From contig CM060731.1 of the NCBI GenBank assembly GCA_030704615.1, positions 51,708,001-51,772,000 of the forward strand: a stretch of 64,000 nucleotides of DNA, in the 5' to 3' direction. Shown in pieces: positions 37,529 to 50,477 of this stretch (its first letter is position 1; every line of letters starts with the position of its first letter). The position numbers and the translations under genes are program-made. The notes beneath the pieces were generated by a model that had not been told where the DNA came from, searched no databases, and saw only the letters and a list, made by a program, of their open reading frames with translations. Origin of the DNA: Takakia lepidozioides (taxonomy: Eukaryota; Plantae; Bryophyta).

Positions 37529-40500
37529 TCAAACTTCAAGGTGCATGATTGCATGTGACCTTCTCCGAGCCAGTTCAACTAGGAACTCGAACAATTCTAA
37601 TTGAACTTTCTTGTATTGTTTTACTGAAGCCACATCTGGCGGCGAGCTCGGAGGGGCTGCCTCCCCATTCACTGAGTGTGACTGATCAAGAGAGGGAGCC
37701 ACCTTGTCTCCTGTTTGTTGGGCATCCCGAATGAGTCTCCGCAACTCCTGCATGACGGTTATGGCAATCCTAATAACATGAATTAAATGTGTCCCATTCT
37801 TCACGCTGAAACTGGCTCTTTGTCATGGTTTGACTCAAGTCACTCTCTTTCCTTGAGACCACTCTCTCTCAAAAAACTATCCAAGACAAGCCAGAAGCAA
37901 CAGGCAATTAAATGCAGTTTTACATCTTTTACCTGTCGATTGAAGTTATCCCCGTGATGAGAGAAGACCTCAATTGTAGCAGCTGCATCACCTACCAGCA
38001 GGCCCTCTAGCCAGCGTGCTGCTGTAGTCTGTGCCAATGTACCTTCCTGAGCACCATGCAGATAAAGCAGTGTTTAATTTTTGTCATCGCAACCTGTCTG
38101 GCTTTCGTACTTCTAGCATACGTCCATTCAACACCTTTTTGGCACACTTCACTGTCTTTAGAGAAACCCTAAGCTGTTACCAGTTCTTGTACCTAATGGA
38201 GGTAATTTTCTTGCACTCAGCTTGATTTTCTTGTACAAAAGGCTATATTGAGTGAATCTCGCAGTATAGAAATCTACTCCCTTTCTCCCTCTCTCTGTCT
38301 GTGTCTGTTGTACTGTCTGCTAGTGTAATAGCTTCTTTCTTTCTTGTGTGTCACGCAAACTGTCTCCGCTCCCTCTCTAGGCATAATGAAGCTTCTTTGA
38401 TTCTGTCTCGCTGGTGTAACATCCAAAAAATATCCATTTTTTGATACAATGCCCAGGGTCTAATCACAGGGCTTCAGAACACAGTCCTTGCACCTCTGTT
38501 CACCAACTTTCAAAATCTCAAGGCTGACCCTAAAGCCCTGGCCCTGTTGGGCTCCTGCTGGGCAGACCATACACAGTAGGTTGATGCTTGTGAGAAGGGG
38601 TTTTTAAAGGAAATCTGGGAAGACCGAACAAATTGTTCATATCAAGGTAATTCCCCCTACTGGAGTGAGACCCTCACAAAGGTACTGTCTGTTCCCTTCT
38701 GTTATGCCCACACTGGGCTCGGGGTCTATGGACAACTCTACAGCAAACAAAGTTTTAGGTGTACATTCTCTAGTGTAACATTTGTGATCAGATTGCAGAC
38801 TACAGGCAGTAGTGCTTGATTCAACATGGGCAGCCCCATACATTCAATTCCCTGTAAACCATTACAAGAAAAATCCGATCAGGACAAACACCTCTGACAC
38901 ATAATCGGAGCCATGGTTTAGCTATGGAGTCGACGTTGTTGAGGTAATACATTTCTTTCAGTGAACTTCCTCTCTCTCTCGTGTTCCAGTACTGAAGTTC
39001 CTTTGGATCTAAACACCCTGTCTGACCATCTTATTTAGTTAAATTGAAAAGAAAGCGACAGTGATGACATTCCTACCTGGGAAACACTGCTCGTCTCCTC
39101 ATCATCAAAGACGCCCTGTTCCCCTTGCCCAGGAACTAGTGCAGACTCAAAAGGAAGGCCTGGAGGATCACCATCTTTGGCAGCCTTAATAGCCTGCTCC
39201 ATTAGTCGAGGGTCTGCTGCTCGAAGTAGACCGCCTGCAGAAGCCACCCATATGAGTGAGGGCCAGAGGAGAACATGTACCCATGCTAGAGCAGAGAACT
39301 CCAGGCTTAATTTGAGGGTGAGAGGAGAACACCAATGCAAGACTTGTTCTGCCTTTAGCGCACCCTAGATATTTCCCTCTTCAATGTACTCAAAGTGTCA
39401 ACCTCTAAACAAAATCACAAACTTGACATCACATGACTATGCTGTAATAATGCTATTCAAAGATCATGGAGACAAATGGCGTTGAAGTGGTTCAGGAATT
39501 TCAGACACATCGTCCTCCGGCGTATTAGACACCTCAACAAAGGTCGTGGAAGGTGGAGCTAACACATGCCACAACTCCGGCTCGACAGCGTCTCTTGGAA
39601 AGGTGAGTTATACCTATATAGCTGAATTGCCGCCGCTTTCCATTCCGCACCTTTAAACCCAGACCCTGGCCAACACCATGAGACATGCAGCTGAGAACAA
39701 ACAGCTTTGGAATGATGACACAAAGGGCATGATGTTCCATGGAAGCTTATCAGGAATAGTGCTCCCGTTCACAAATGGGGTCCTTCAGGTCTACACATTA
39801 TAAACGCTGGCATAGTCTTTCTACAAGTCAGTCAAGATATCAATGCTCATGGCACAAAAGACCAAATGAGAGAGAAAGTAAATGTACCTTCACCAGCATG
39901 ACAGCGTCATACACTTCATCTGAAAGAGATGCCCACCTGCAGATTCATTTCCACAGAAAGTACATTCTGAGAACTGACAAGTAAGTGAGCAGACTCAACA
40001 GTTTAGCTTAAGAAAGACAGATTTAAGAAAGTCAACAAATCATCACACCGAAGCTCCCTCTCCATCCCTCCCTCTTGTTCCACCCAAGCTGGGCGTGGAG
40101 TAAATGGCTTCAAGGCTACACGTTATGGGTACATTTTCTCATTTTACATTAGCCTTGGTGCGGTCATACCAAGGCTACTACACCAGATCCCATCAGAACT
40201 CTGAAGTTAAGCACCTTTGGCTGGAATAGTACTGGGATGGGTGACCCCGGAAGTCCCCGTGCTGCACCCTGCTTCTCTCGTCCAGGACATTCTCACCAGA
40301 AAATGACTCTCTTCAGGAACATCAAGAACATTGTCTGTGCACCTCTGTTCAACAACTTTTAGATTCTTGAGGCTAAGCCTAAAGCCATGGCTGTGTTGGG
40401 GTCCAATTGCTGGGCGTCCGAACCAATTGTATTTACCACGGTAAGTCCCACAACAGTGAGCCCCTCAAAAAGGTAGTATCTGTTCCCTCTGGGCACAGGG

Positions 40501-42352
40501 TATATGGCCATAAGGCTATGGCAAACAGTGTCTCATGAGTACTATCCCTCTTGCCTTTAGCTTTCATAGTGTGACCCACAGTACCACCATCCACAGCGCC
40601 ACATTGGTCACATCTGTTAATTGCAGCAATTCTGGAACGAACCTTATACTTTCAAGTAGGAGTCCCGGCATTCTCCACTTCCCTGAGATTTGGCGTAGGC
40701 TGTGCACGACTGCTGTGGCAAGTTTTTGCCTATCTTGGTGGGCAGTGTCCCATGCCAACTTTGCCCTTAAGGCTAGCTCATTGCCAACGTTTGCACGGAA
40801 TCTAAGAAGTACATCCCTAAGGTTCCTCATTCTGACATTCAGTAAGCGGACTGCACTGACAATGCCTTGTCGAGTACGGCTAAGTGAGTACCTCTCTCTT
40901 AAGTCCCATGCCTTCACTCCCCTCCATTGAATGAGTCGAATTCCAGCCGTTAAAAGACTGGAATGTGAGCTGTCTACCAGTCAAAATCCAGAAATGTCTT
41001 TGTTCCTGTGTTTGTGTATACTTTGAATTGTTTGTGACTTCTCTGTCTGTCAGGACATCTGTTTGTACTCCCATACACATAGAGGAAGGTACCAACCTTA
41101 TGGCATGCCGAAGCTGAGAGGGAGAAAGAGACGCAAGCTGAACACCCCACTCCCGGGAGCGTAAGGCCTCCCTCTTGCTTTGGCCCTTACTCTTCCTCTC
41201 CTCATCCTCTGTCCATGCAGCTTCATCATCTTCTCCCTCAACCTCATGACTGCCATTGGCATATTGCAAGGAATCTCCCCGTATTTTTTTCTTCCTCCTC
41301 CCATGGCCCTTACCTGCAGTTCCTGTGTGTGCTTCCCTGATTTATAGAATGCTGTCATACATTTAGCAATATGCAGAGTTATAATTTCAGCAGCGCACTG
41401 GTAACATCTGCGAAGTATCTAGTAAGCCTCAGATTCCCCACTATCTGAGAGATTAGCACTCTCCTTGGCTTTTCTTCTTGGATTGACCCAACATGTGGTG
41501 TTGTAGATTCATTGAGTGAGGATAGCTTCCTTCAAAAAACTTACTAAAAAATGTACTGACATTGAACAACAGTCTTTGAAAATTGACGGGGAGTGTGCTC
41601 ACTTCCCTTGTTTAAGATCGGAGGACCTTCCCAGTACATAGCGTGGAAGGATCCTTCCACGATTATTATGTTGACGCGCGATAGATTACTCAGAAAATGT
41701 CTAACACTCCTGATTACAACTGTGGTTGCTGGAAAAGTCCATGTTTGCATACCCATGTAAACTCTCGTTTTTTGGAATGCGGCCTCGTTAATTGAAGATT
41801 GCATTAAACAAATGAAACGTTGGAAAAATGAAATGCCTCGAGACTAGATTTTCTTCTTGCAAAGCTGCTGGCAGTTTCATTGAATTTGCATTCCCGTTGG
41901 TTTGGCTATCCATTTCAATTCTGAATCTCATCCGCAAAGCCTCGTCAAATAGACGAGACATTGCATTGTGCAAATTCACAACTAATCAAAATGCGGTTGG
42001 GAGGTACATCACCACAGAGACCCCACCCTATTGAGTGCAAGCTACCGCATACACTACAGGGTTTCAGGTTTAAAACCCAGTCGTAAAAGACAACTTACTA
42101 GAAAAATCCCACAAAGGAAAGGACTGGTAACCTGATGCTCCATGGAACAAAAATCCCGCTTCCTTGAAACTCGCCTGCTTGCAAATGCCAAAAGAGCCTA
42201 CAGGGGCTTGCCAAGCTCGGAGGATTATCTAGGGAGAAGGACAAAGAAACAGGTGGAAGCGAGTTGTAGAAGAAATAGGGAGGAAGGAGGGGAAACACAC
42301 ACAAGTGCTTGCTAATAGTGGGCCTCCATAACTGCCTTCCAATCTGCAGCAT
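37529..42352 (-). CDS. DUF615 / YjgA (DarP)-family ribosome-associated protein, probably organelle-targeted
   Basis: Exons ~41323-41097 (RKSKGQSKREA..WGVQLASLS), ~39946-39887 (WASLSDEVYDAVMLVK), ~39665-39614 (GKRRQFSYIG), ~39235-39076 (GLLR), ~38046-37933 (ARWLEGLL..FNRQ) and 37748-37529 (ELRRLIR..LFEFL). The transit-peptide-like first exon from 42352 is tentative. Confidence 0.82.
38460..38800. repeat. Dispersed intronic repeat, copy 1
   Basis: Homologous to 40320-40630 (CACCTCTGTTCA.CAACTTT..., CCGAAC.AATTGT..., GTGAG.CCCTCA.AAAGGTA..TCTGTTCCC). Confidence 0.7.
40156..40270 (+). rRNA. 5S rRNA: 5S rRNA pseudogene (solitary, intronic)
   Basis: GGTGCGGTCATACCAAGGCTACTACACCAGATCCCATCAGAACTCTGAAGTTAAGC...AGTACTGGGATGGGTGACC..GGAAGTCC..GTGCTGCACCCT. 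About 115 nt with small deletions relative to bryophyte 5S. No oligo-T terminator. Confidence 0.9.
40320..40630. repeat. Dispersed intronic repeat, copy 2
   Basis: Homologous to 38460-38800, with an internal deletion of about 55 bp. Confidence 0.7.
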
Positions 42353-43046
42353 TTCCCTTTCACTGTGATCAGACCCTGCTTGTTATCTTCTCTCTGCTCA
42401 GCTTCAGACTTAAGCTGAGACCCGAGTCACCCGAGGAAGCAGCTCACATTCATCCGAAACCCGATCCAACATTCGTCCTCAATATTCTTTTCATCGTAAT
42501 GGCCTTCACTGAGTGGGCCACCCGGGCCCGGGACTTCCCCGGGCGTTGTCCTGCAGATCGTGCCTGCGGCGTGGAAGCTCTCAATGAGGCCCGCTACACA
42601 CTCTGGTTCTCCCCGAGCAGCGATGGCAGGGGGTGTATCTCTCCTTCACCAATGCGCCCCCTCACGATCTCTCCTTGGAAACAAGCTCGACGGTACTTCA
42701 GAAGGAAAATTTGGATACTTTTTAAGGGAGATGTGGTTATAGGGATCCACGTTTTCGAGAAGCTGTGTTTTGTGGTGTGTATCACACTAGAGGGGCCGAA
42801 GTTGAGATGAGTTTGTCCTTCATGCTACCAAGTTCCAGTCTGTCCCCCGGTCTCCTCCTGATCTGCCTGGTGTTTCAAGTTTCAACGATAGACAAAAGTG
42901 TTTAGGGAGCTTTTTGGGATCCATGCTCGGGATGTAGAGTACACCTTTTAAACCTGATTATGAGGAGGTACTGTGGCGCAACCAGTGATCGTGAACACAC
43001 TTAGTGCAGTTATTGATCCTCTCGTAATTAGTGTCAGCGGGGGATT

Positions 43047-46000
43047 ATGATAGTAGAGATACCTGTAGGCTTGAAGCCTGTAGCCTCCCGCAATTCAAAA
43101 GGAATGGCGGGGAAGATGTCCGTGACATACTTGAGTGTATGGCTGGCTGTGGCCATGGCGATCTTGCCTCTAATGTCTCCCAATCTATTTCCACCTGCGA
43201 GTTGGCGCTCTTCCCTCTTCTCCGTATGCGTTCTATCAACCTTGCCTGCTGCACGTCATTTTCCACATTGCGGTCGATTTGCTGTTGTGCCTATTGGTCA
43301 TCAAGTCTGCTTGAACGTCTTTGTCATGTGGCAGCAGAGCTGCCTATGTTCTACCTCAGACTGCTATTTATTTTGCCTGATGTTGATCAACTCTAAATTT
43401 TCTAAGGATATCAGCTGGCATCAAGAAGCTATTTCTTTGAATATCAAGTAACCCTCAATATGAGGGAATGAGCAGCAACACACTATAGCTTCTTTTAGCA
43501 TGCAATAAACTGTAATTGGCATCGGTATCCTTTGGTGGCGTTTTCGGTGTTCAGTCAACTGCAAGTATCGCCCTTATAAATGGTTTGATTAACTTCTACC
43601 TGCAATCTAGCCGGGAGGTTACATGATGGAGACTCTGTATGGATTGGTGTATTGCCAACAATTTTCATTACATGTTAAGTTGTCAATACCCCGGTATCTA
43701 TAGCATTCTGGCAAAAGCTCACACACTGTCTCCTCCAAAGAATGTGATTCTTATTTGGCACGTGACTGCTCCACTGTTTTTAGCTACCAAAGCAAGACCC
43801 CTGCTTGCAAGGCGTACAGTATAGTATGAGAGTATCAACTTGCTCATGTTTTTCTTTCCAATAAGCACTTCACTTGCTGAAACCCACACAGAAAGGTTCT
43901 CTGACTTCATTTCAGTGCAACTCACCATCACGCTGTACTAATTTTACTGACGAGCAGAAATGTCAGGTATCTTTTGAAGCCTGCAAGGTGATTCCTACCA
44001 ATTAATTTGCAGGTCTTGAAGGAGTCAAAGCATATTGGCTTTCTACTTCTCTAGCAAACAGGCTCTCCAGTGCAGTTGTGTCAAGTCTGATCATGACATC
44101 TGGTTGAGGCCGTGTGGTTGATTTTCAGGAATGGGAGTCTCCAAAAGCTAGGCATGCTGCTCTTATGGATTCTCGTGCCAAGACGTGGCCTGTAAGTGTC
44201 TCTGTTTGGATGAGACATCCTTGGTTCTCAAATTTCTGGGCTCTAATTTTAGCTGAGATGTGTAGGTGTGTAAGCATAAATAATATCTATTTGCTGCCAG
44301 AAACTGCAAGCTGCACCAGTTCCTGTAGATGATATTGTGAGATGAGACTTTTTGAACTTTGCACCAATGCGTGAAATGCCTGAAAGTGTCCATCTTTGCT
44401 GATGGTGCCACCCCACATATCTTGATCTTGTTATTTGCAACTCTTTGCACATGTAAAAGCCACAGTGATGTCCAACCGGTGGGTATCTCTCTAGAACTTT
44501 CACTGTGTTTAGATCCATGGTTAGCTTTTCTTGTCATTCACGGCATCCACAATGCCAGCATCTCTGCTCTTCACGAAAACCTCAAAATCCCTTTCTCCCG
44601 CATACACAAATGCTTTAAAGCAATCCATCTGACGGCAATACGCTCTCTCACTGCTATTATCACTAACAAAAGGCTGCTTGAATCCAGTCTATCCGCTATC
44701 TCTTAGGTACCCCCGGGTACCCTTTCTCCTTTGGTTGCTGGGTGCCCCCCGGGCACCCTCTAGTTTCATAGGGCCCACCCCCGAAAGGGGGCAGTAGCCG
44801 CGAGGCGAAGTGGCTCTTAGTTACGCCGGCTTCGGCCGGAGTCATCTCTCTCTCTCCTCTTGTCATTCATTCCTCTCAGGCTTTTATGCACCAGATTGAT
44901 TTCTCTCTACATGTAGTGTCTCACTCCCTGACCTTCCTGTTGTTGCAGAATGTAAAGGTGCCTGAACACTTGTGGGACTCGTCTGATCATGGAGGGTGGG
45001 AGCCTTGCACTCATAAGATTGATCAACCTTGTAAGTCTTGACCTTGCGTATAACTTTCGCTGCTTAGAGCTGTTTTTCTCCACAAATGGAGCACCTTACA
45101 AGTTACATTGGTATGTGGAAGGGTGTGATCTCGCGACTATGCTACTTGAGACTTAGGACCTAGTTCCTGAAGTTTAGAGATGGCTTTGTTCCTTGGAAAT
45201 ATGCCTATTTTGGCATTCTGGAAGTAAATGGTCTTTCATTGGTGTAGCTCTGCCGGTGGAGGTAAATGGTTACTTGCAAGTCTTCCTGGAAGGTGGCCTC
45301 AATCAACAGCGTATGGGGGTGAGATCTTTTGTTATCCATTCTGTCTTTGCTATCTACATCACTTCAGTGAATAAAGCATCTTCCCATGGTTTTGTGAATT
45401 AAAGTTCTACATTTCATCAGAGCTGTTGTTCAGAGCAGATGAAGGCTCAGAGTTTACTGAAGCCACTGAATTTTTGCGATGAGGAGTCGGATCCAGATGA
45501 CAATCATCCCTGTGTTAGTGTGCTGCAGATTTGTGATGCAGTAGCTCTTGCAAAGATTTTGAATGCAAGCCTTCTACTCCCACAGTTTGATGTGAACTCA
45601 GTGTGGCAGGACTCCAGGTGTGTAGCTCACACTGTTGGCAGGCTCTTGTCTCAACTTCAGTCTACAGTGTGTGCTTTTGAATGAGAGTGTGTGCATTGCA
45701 TGGAACTTTCTTTCTAACTTCAACTGGTCAGTGTTTGTTGTCCAGTTAATAAAAAAATTCAGTGGTTAAAGAAAAGTTCTTCATGGTCCTTGTTTGCTGG
45801 TGGAAACCTTTCACTCTAGCGCAGCCCCGCTCTTCAGAGTGACATGAAGACGGTCTTATAAAGGATAGAGAGAAAGTGACTGATGGTGGTGCAGCTCTTT
45901 TGCAGACATATTTGATGTGGAGCATTTCACACATTTCCTGGCCCATGATATTTACATTGTCACCGAGCTGCCTCACGAGTTTGAATGGAGCACTCGTGAA

Positions 46001-48529
46001 TACTATGGCACTGGGTTTCGTGCTACACGTGTCAAGCATGCCCCTGTGCAGGCTTCTCCAGAGTGGTACATCATAAATGTCCTTCCCCTCCTGAAAAGGT
46101 AATCTTGTAGTTCTTTTTGTATAGACTATTATCATCTTGTGCGCCCCACCTGAGTGCTCACTTACTCTAGGGCCTTACATCAAACTTTATCTAGAAAAGG
46201 TTACATTTTGTTGCAGAGGCAATGGAGGTTTTATATGGTCATCAGGCTTAATATATACTATATCTGTTTAGTGCCAATTGACTCTAGAGTGATGCGTATC
46301 ATAACTATCACATAGCCAGGCAGTTCTACAAAGTGTGTCTGTACTGCCCTATAAGTGGTTTCCTAATTCTTGAGCCTGCTTGTGCAAGTTGTTATATTTC
46401 AGCTTACATGTCAGATATACCCTTTGTGGCACGGGACGGTGCATTACCACAACTGCCTATTACTCGTGTTCTGCTGAAGCCTGAGACCATGCTTGAATGA
46501 TGAATGAGGGGACAGGAAGCTCTTACCATATGTTGCCTTCCCCCTCCAGACCTCTTTGCTCTTCTCTCCTGCTAGCTCAGATGATGACGGTGGGGAGCGA
46601 ATTGATGTTACCTGACACACCGCTGCTAACACATTTTGGGCCAATGGCTCTGTGTCGCAGCTACGGAATCGTGGCGATTGCTCCATTTTCTCACAGGCTC
46701 TCGTTCAATGATATCCCTCCTGAGATTCAACGTCTTCGCTGTCGCGTGAATTTTGAAGCCTTGCGCTTTGTGCCTGCTATACGTCAGCTTGGCCAGACTC
46801 TTGTGGAGCGTTTGAAGGGAACTCTTCTTCCACGGCATGAAGATGAAGATGGAGGCCAGCCCACAAAGTATTTGGCCTTACATCTCCGCTTTGATAAGGT
46901 GAGAGTTGTGCAATTCCACTGGCCTATTAATTGTACTGCTGAGTCTGTATTTGGTATAGTTGGCAACTCTTTCTTTTCTCAAGACTCCTAGCTTGGGCAG
47001 GACATGGCAGCACATTCAGCGTGTGACTTTGGCGGTGGCAAAGCAGAGCGACTAGCACTCGGAAAATATCGCAGTGTGGTTTGGCAAGGGCGGGTGCGCA
47101 ACGCCCGATTATCCAGCCAGGAGTTGCATGTCCATGGAAAATGTCCTCTTACACCAGAGGAGGTCGGAATCATGTTAGCAGCCCTGGGCTTCAGCGGCCG
47201 CACCCGGGTCTATGTTGCGTCTTATACGGTGAATATCTCTGGTTCCACATCAAATGCAATACTGGAAATAATGGAATGAAGATATTGAACGTAGTACCAA
47301 AGTAGTTCCAGAAGTTCTGCAGCCAGAAACTCCCAGAAGCTTTGTGAAACTCACCATGAAAACTTGGAGACAGGCGGATTTGGATGGTTTGCAGTTGGAG
47401 GGTTGTTTTTGACCCTAAAGCTTTCAGGCCTGAGTAGGTATCCATGTGCATAGACCTTTTAATCCTGGGTCCCCAGTCTAGGACCTTGCTATAAAAGCAA
47501 GTGAAGTGGATACTGAGAGTTCTATGTATTTCTTTGCTGCTCATTGGCAGCCACAACTTTCAGCTTCCAACTGAAACATTATCACACATCAGTGTGCTGT
47601 TGTATGTAGTCCTGGTTGATTGAGCTCGGATGCACCCTAATTACCTCTCTTTCCTCATGTTCATAGACACACGAATAACCTTTTTTGGTGTTGATCAGGT
47701 GTATGGAGGGGCCGCAAGAATGGAGTTTCTGCACAACTTGTTCCCAGGCATGGTGAACAAGCATATCTTAGCCACAGATATGGAGCTTCAGCCATTTGAG
47801 GGCAAGGCCTCACTTTTGGCAGCAATTGACTACTACGTATGCTTGCACAGTGACGTCTTCATTTCAGCTTCGCCTGGCAACATGCATAATGCTCTGGTAA
47901 TCTATGAAGCCACTTTTTCATGTGACTCCAATATTTGTAAGGTTCGAAGTTCCTGCAGGCAGTCTGGGACTTCTAGACAGTTGCAGGCGTCATCGCTTCC
48001 ATTTTTCACAACTGCCGTGCAACAAGTAGTGACTATGTTATTCGTTCTTGATGATTCTCTGTGATCCCTCTGTAAGCACTCTCTTGTGATTCTCTGGCCT
48101 CAACAGCAGTGTCTATTGAAATTAATTCTGAAATGCAGTTAGGACATTCACATCTCTCCACAACTGACCATCGAGAACATCTTGCTGCCTCAGGGCATTT
48201 CTGGTGTTTTCTCTGTCCATCTTCAATCAATTCCTTCCTAGAAATTGAGTGTGAAAAGGAAGAGTGACAAGGGATACCATCGGTGCTCTATTGTATGTGT
48301 GCAGGCAGGGCATCGTGCATACTTGAATGTGAGGAAGACCATACGACCAGATATGGTGTTGCTTGCAAACCTCTTCTCCAACGAGAGCTTGGGATGGCCA
48401 GAGTTTCAGAACCGCGTCATTGAAGGCCATGAAAAGCGGCTTGGTCAAATCCGGTTACGCCAACCATCCCAGTCTATCTATGCCTATCCAGCACCAGATT
48501 GTATGTGTGGACAGACAAATTCATTGTAG
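43047..48529 (+). CDS. OFUT: O-fucosyltransferase family protein (GT106/DUF246)
   Basis: Ten exons: ~43047-43223, 44128-44191, 44949-45030, 45248-45318, 45529-45617, 45895-46098, 46661-46898, 47001-47228, 47699-47896 and 48305-48529. Motifs: N-terminal TM, GGLNQQRMGICDAVA.AKILNA, QRLRCRVNFEAL, LHLRFDKDMAAHSAC, GKCPLTPEE, AAIDYYVC..SDVF, and YPAPDCMC. Confidence 0.93.
44541..44857 (+). mobile_element. 5'-truncated non-LTR retrotransposon 3' end (Dualen/RandI-like) in an OFUT intron
   Basis: 12-bp TSD TCTTGTCATTCA (44529-44540 and 44858-44869). ORF tail GIH..SI.AL...L.IP...I....AIH..AI..LT.II.NKR.LE with stop at 44706. GC-rich hairpin 3' UTR and (TC)n tail. Confidence 0.75.
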
Positions 48530-50477
48530 CAGTTTTGTAAAGTACAAAATCATGATTCTTTCGTCCCTTGGAGCACTTCATTTAGGAATAGGATTAGGAC
48601 TAGCATTCATTTAGGACTGGTAGTGCACAGGTACAGGGATGCAAGAACTAAGGCAGGACCACTTTGGGAAGGCTTTCTCCCTCAAAAGTCATTAGAGCAT
48701 CTTGAGAGTGATCCAAAGGGAGGGATTTCTTCGCCGATGAACTCCCAATAAAGCTTTTGCAACAGCCCTAATGCCACATGCCCCCATCCTCATGTCAAGC
48801 AAGTTTAAGCTTGCCTGCACTGAAAGAGCCTACTAGGTGGTCCTCTGCAGAATACATTTGCGATGTGCATATATTGAGATGTGCATTGAGTTCTTCAATA
48901 AGAATAGTGTCAACAACATGATGTGTGGGGTTTCTGTTGAGGAAATGTTGCAGAACAATGAACTTTTTATTATGTGTACTATCCCTTCCAGAGCATTATA
49001 TCTGGTCACTCAATCTCTTGTTAAGGGGTGAAATATTTTATGTCTCATCCACCGATGCAGGGATTCGCCCTGGTTATTGGAGACACAGGATCTGATCAGA
49101 CCAGGGAAAGGTCGGATTGCAAAGGTAGTTGTTGACTTGAAAAAACTGTGAGGAGACGTTGTGCGAGGTGATGGAGTGGCCCCTCAGGACAAGTGGTGAA
49201 TCCTGGATCCATGTCAGTTTACCGATTATCCCCACCTAGGTGAGTTCTAAAAGGTGTGTGCAACACGACCTCCCTTAAATCCTATTTTTTTCATGGCATT
49301 CAAGTTGCGCGGTCTCCCTCTTCTGCAAGTTCGAGATACGATCCTCACCAGCTCGTTTGTCTATTTGCAACTAAGGTTCCCTGGGCTAAAAATGTGGTAA
49401 ATATGACAAAGGCACTAGAATCGACAAAGACATGGATAAGTTAGAAGTTAGAATGTGGGTAGTTAAAGATTTCATCTATTTGTGTTTGTTAGAGATCACT
49501 AGATATGATCCCCGTTGAGCGTACTATATATGACCTGCTAGTTAAACTAGCAGGTGTCGTTTTGGTTGGATGGTAGGTGAGCGGTGCGTAAGAGTGCAGC
49601 TGTTACTAATCCGTGTTAAAGGGCGTGCTGATGCTAATAAGTTAGTGTAGGATTGTTCAGACAGTCATGGTAGGTGGGGGAAGAGGCTCTTATTTACGCT
49701 AACTTTGGCTGACGTGGTCTCTATGTTTTGATAGTACTTGTAAAGGATTTGCTTAGGATGGTCTAGATTTGATGCACATCCGATGGGGTTACAGCATCAG
49801 CTGGGTTGTACGTACCAACTCATTGCTCAGACTCCGACATCTTCATCTCTCCCTACAGAGCTAGCTATTTGTCTCTTCCTCACTCATCACCGATCCCCTT
49901 ATTATGACTTCAGAAGAGACATGCAACTACGTCTCTCTGTTTCGTCCTCTCTGGAGTCTGGATGTGGTTCTGATCTCTCACTGTCCTTTTCATTTCTCTC
50001 TCTCTCTCTTTCTCCTTCATTTCTTCTATGTCATCTCCGCGTCCGCGAGGCATCTGACATCCCCCTTGGACTTTGGACCCACAGAGGATGCAACAAACAG
50101 ATACACACAGACACACATACCCAAACTCAACAAACACAGAGAGGTAATGAGCACCGGCTTGGCGTGTACCTCTGCATCATGCTGCCTAGACGACATTTGA
50201 CACGACACGACAAAGCACTGCTGCGAGTCAGCTGTGTAGTGGCCCTCTCTGACACACACGCACTCTCTTTCTCTCTGCAGCACCCACTTTTCCCACTTTT
50301 CCCACGTAACTTAACTGTACGATGCTGCTCAGATTCTTTGGAGAATTTTGAATACCAACACTTGGGTTACTATACTACCTAACTTACCCAATGGAATCTG
50401 CTCATCCAAGCACAATGCAAACTCTGCGACTGTCGACCGGCCGGCCTTCGCACACTGTCCCAAATTTACTTAGGCGA

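Noticed and set aside
44771-44816. HDV-like or hammerhead ribozyme
   Set aside because: GGCGAA resembles HDV J4/2, but I could not build the nested double pseudoknot, and there is no CUGANGA core.
1-48529. Functional gene cluster (GLDP + PDH E1a are both lipoate-dependent; GT37 + GT106 are both fucosyltransferase-like)
   Set aside because: The genes are unrelated in sequence and separated by TE blocks and other genes. Nothing in the sequence indicates co-regulation.
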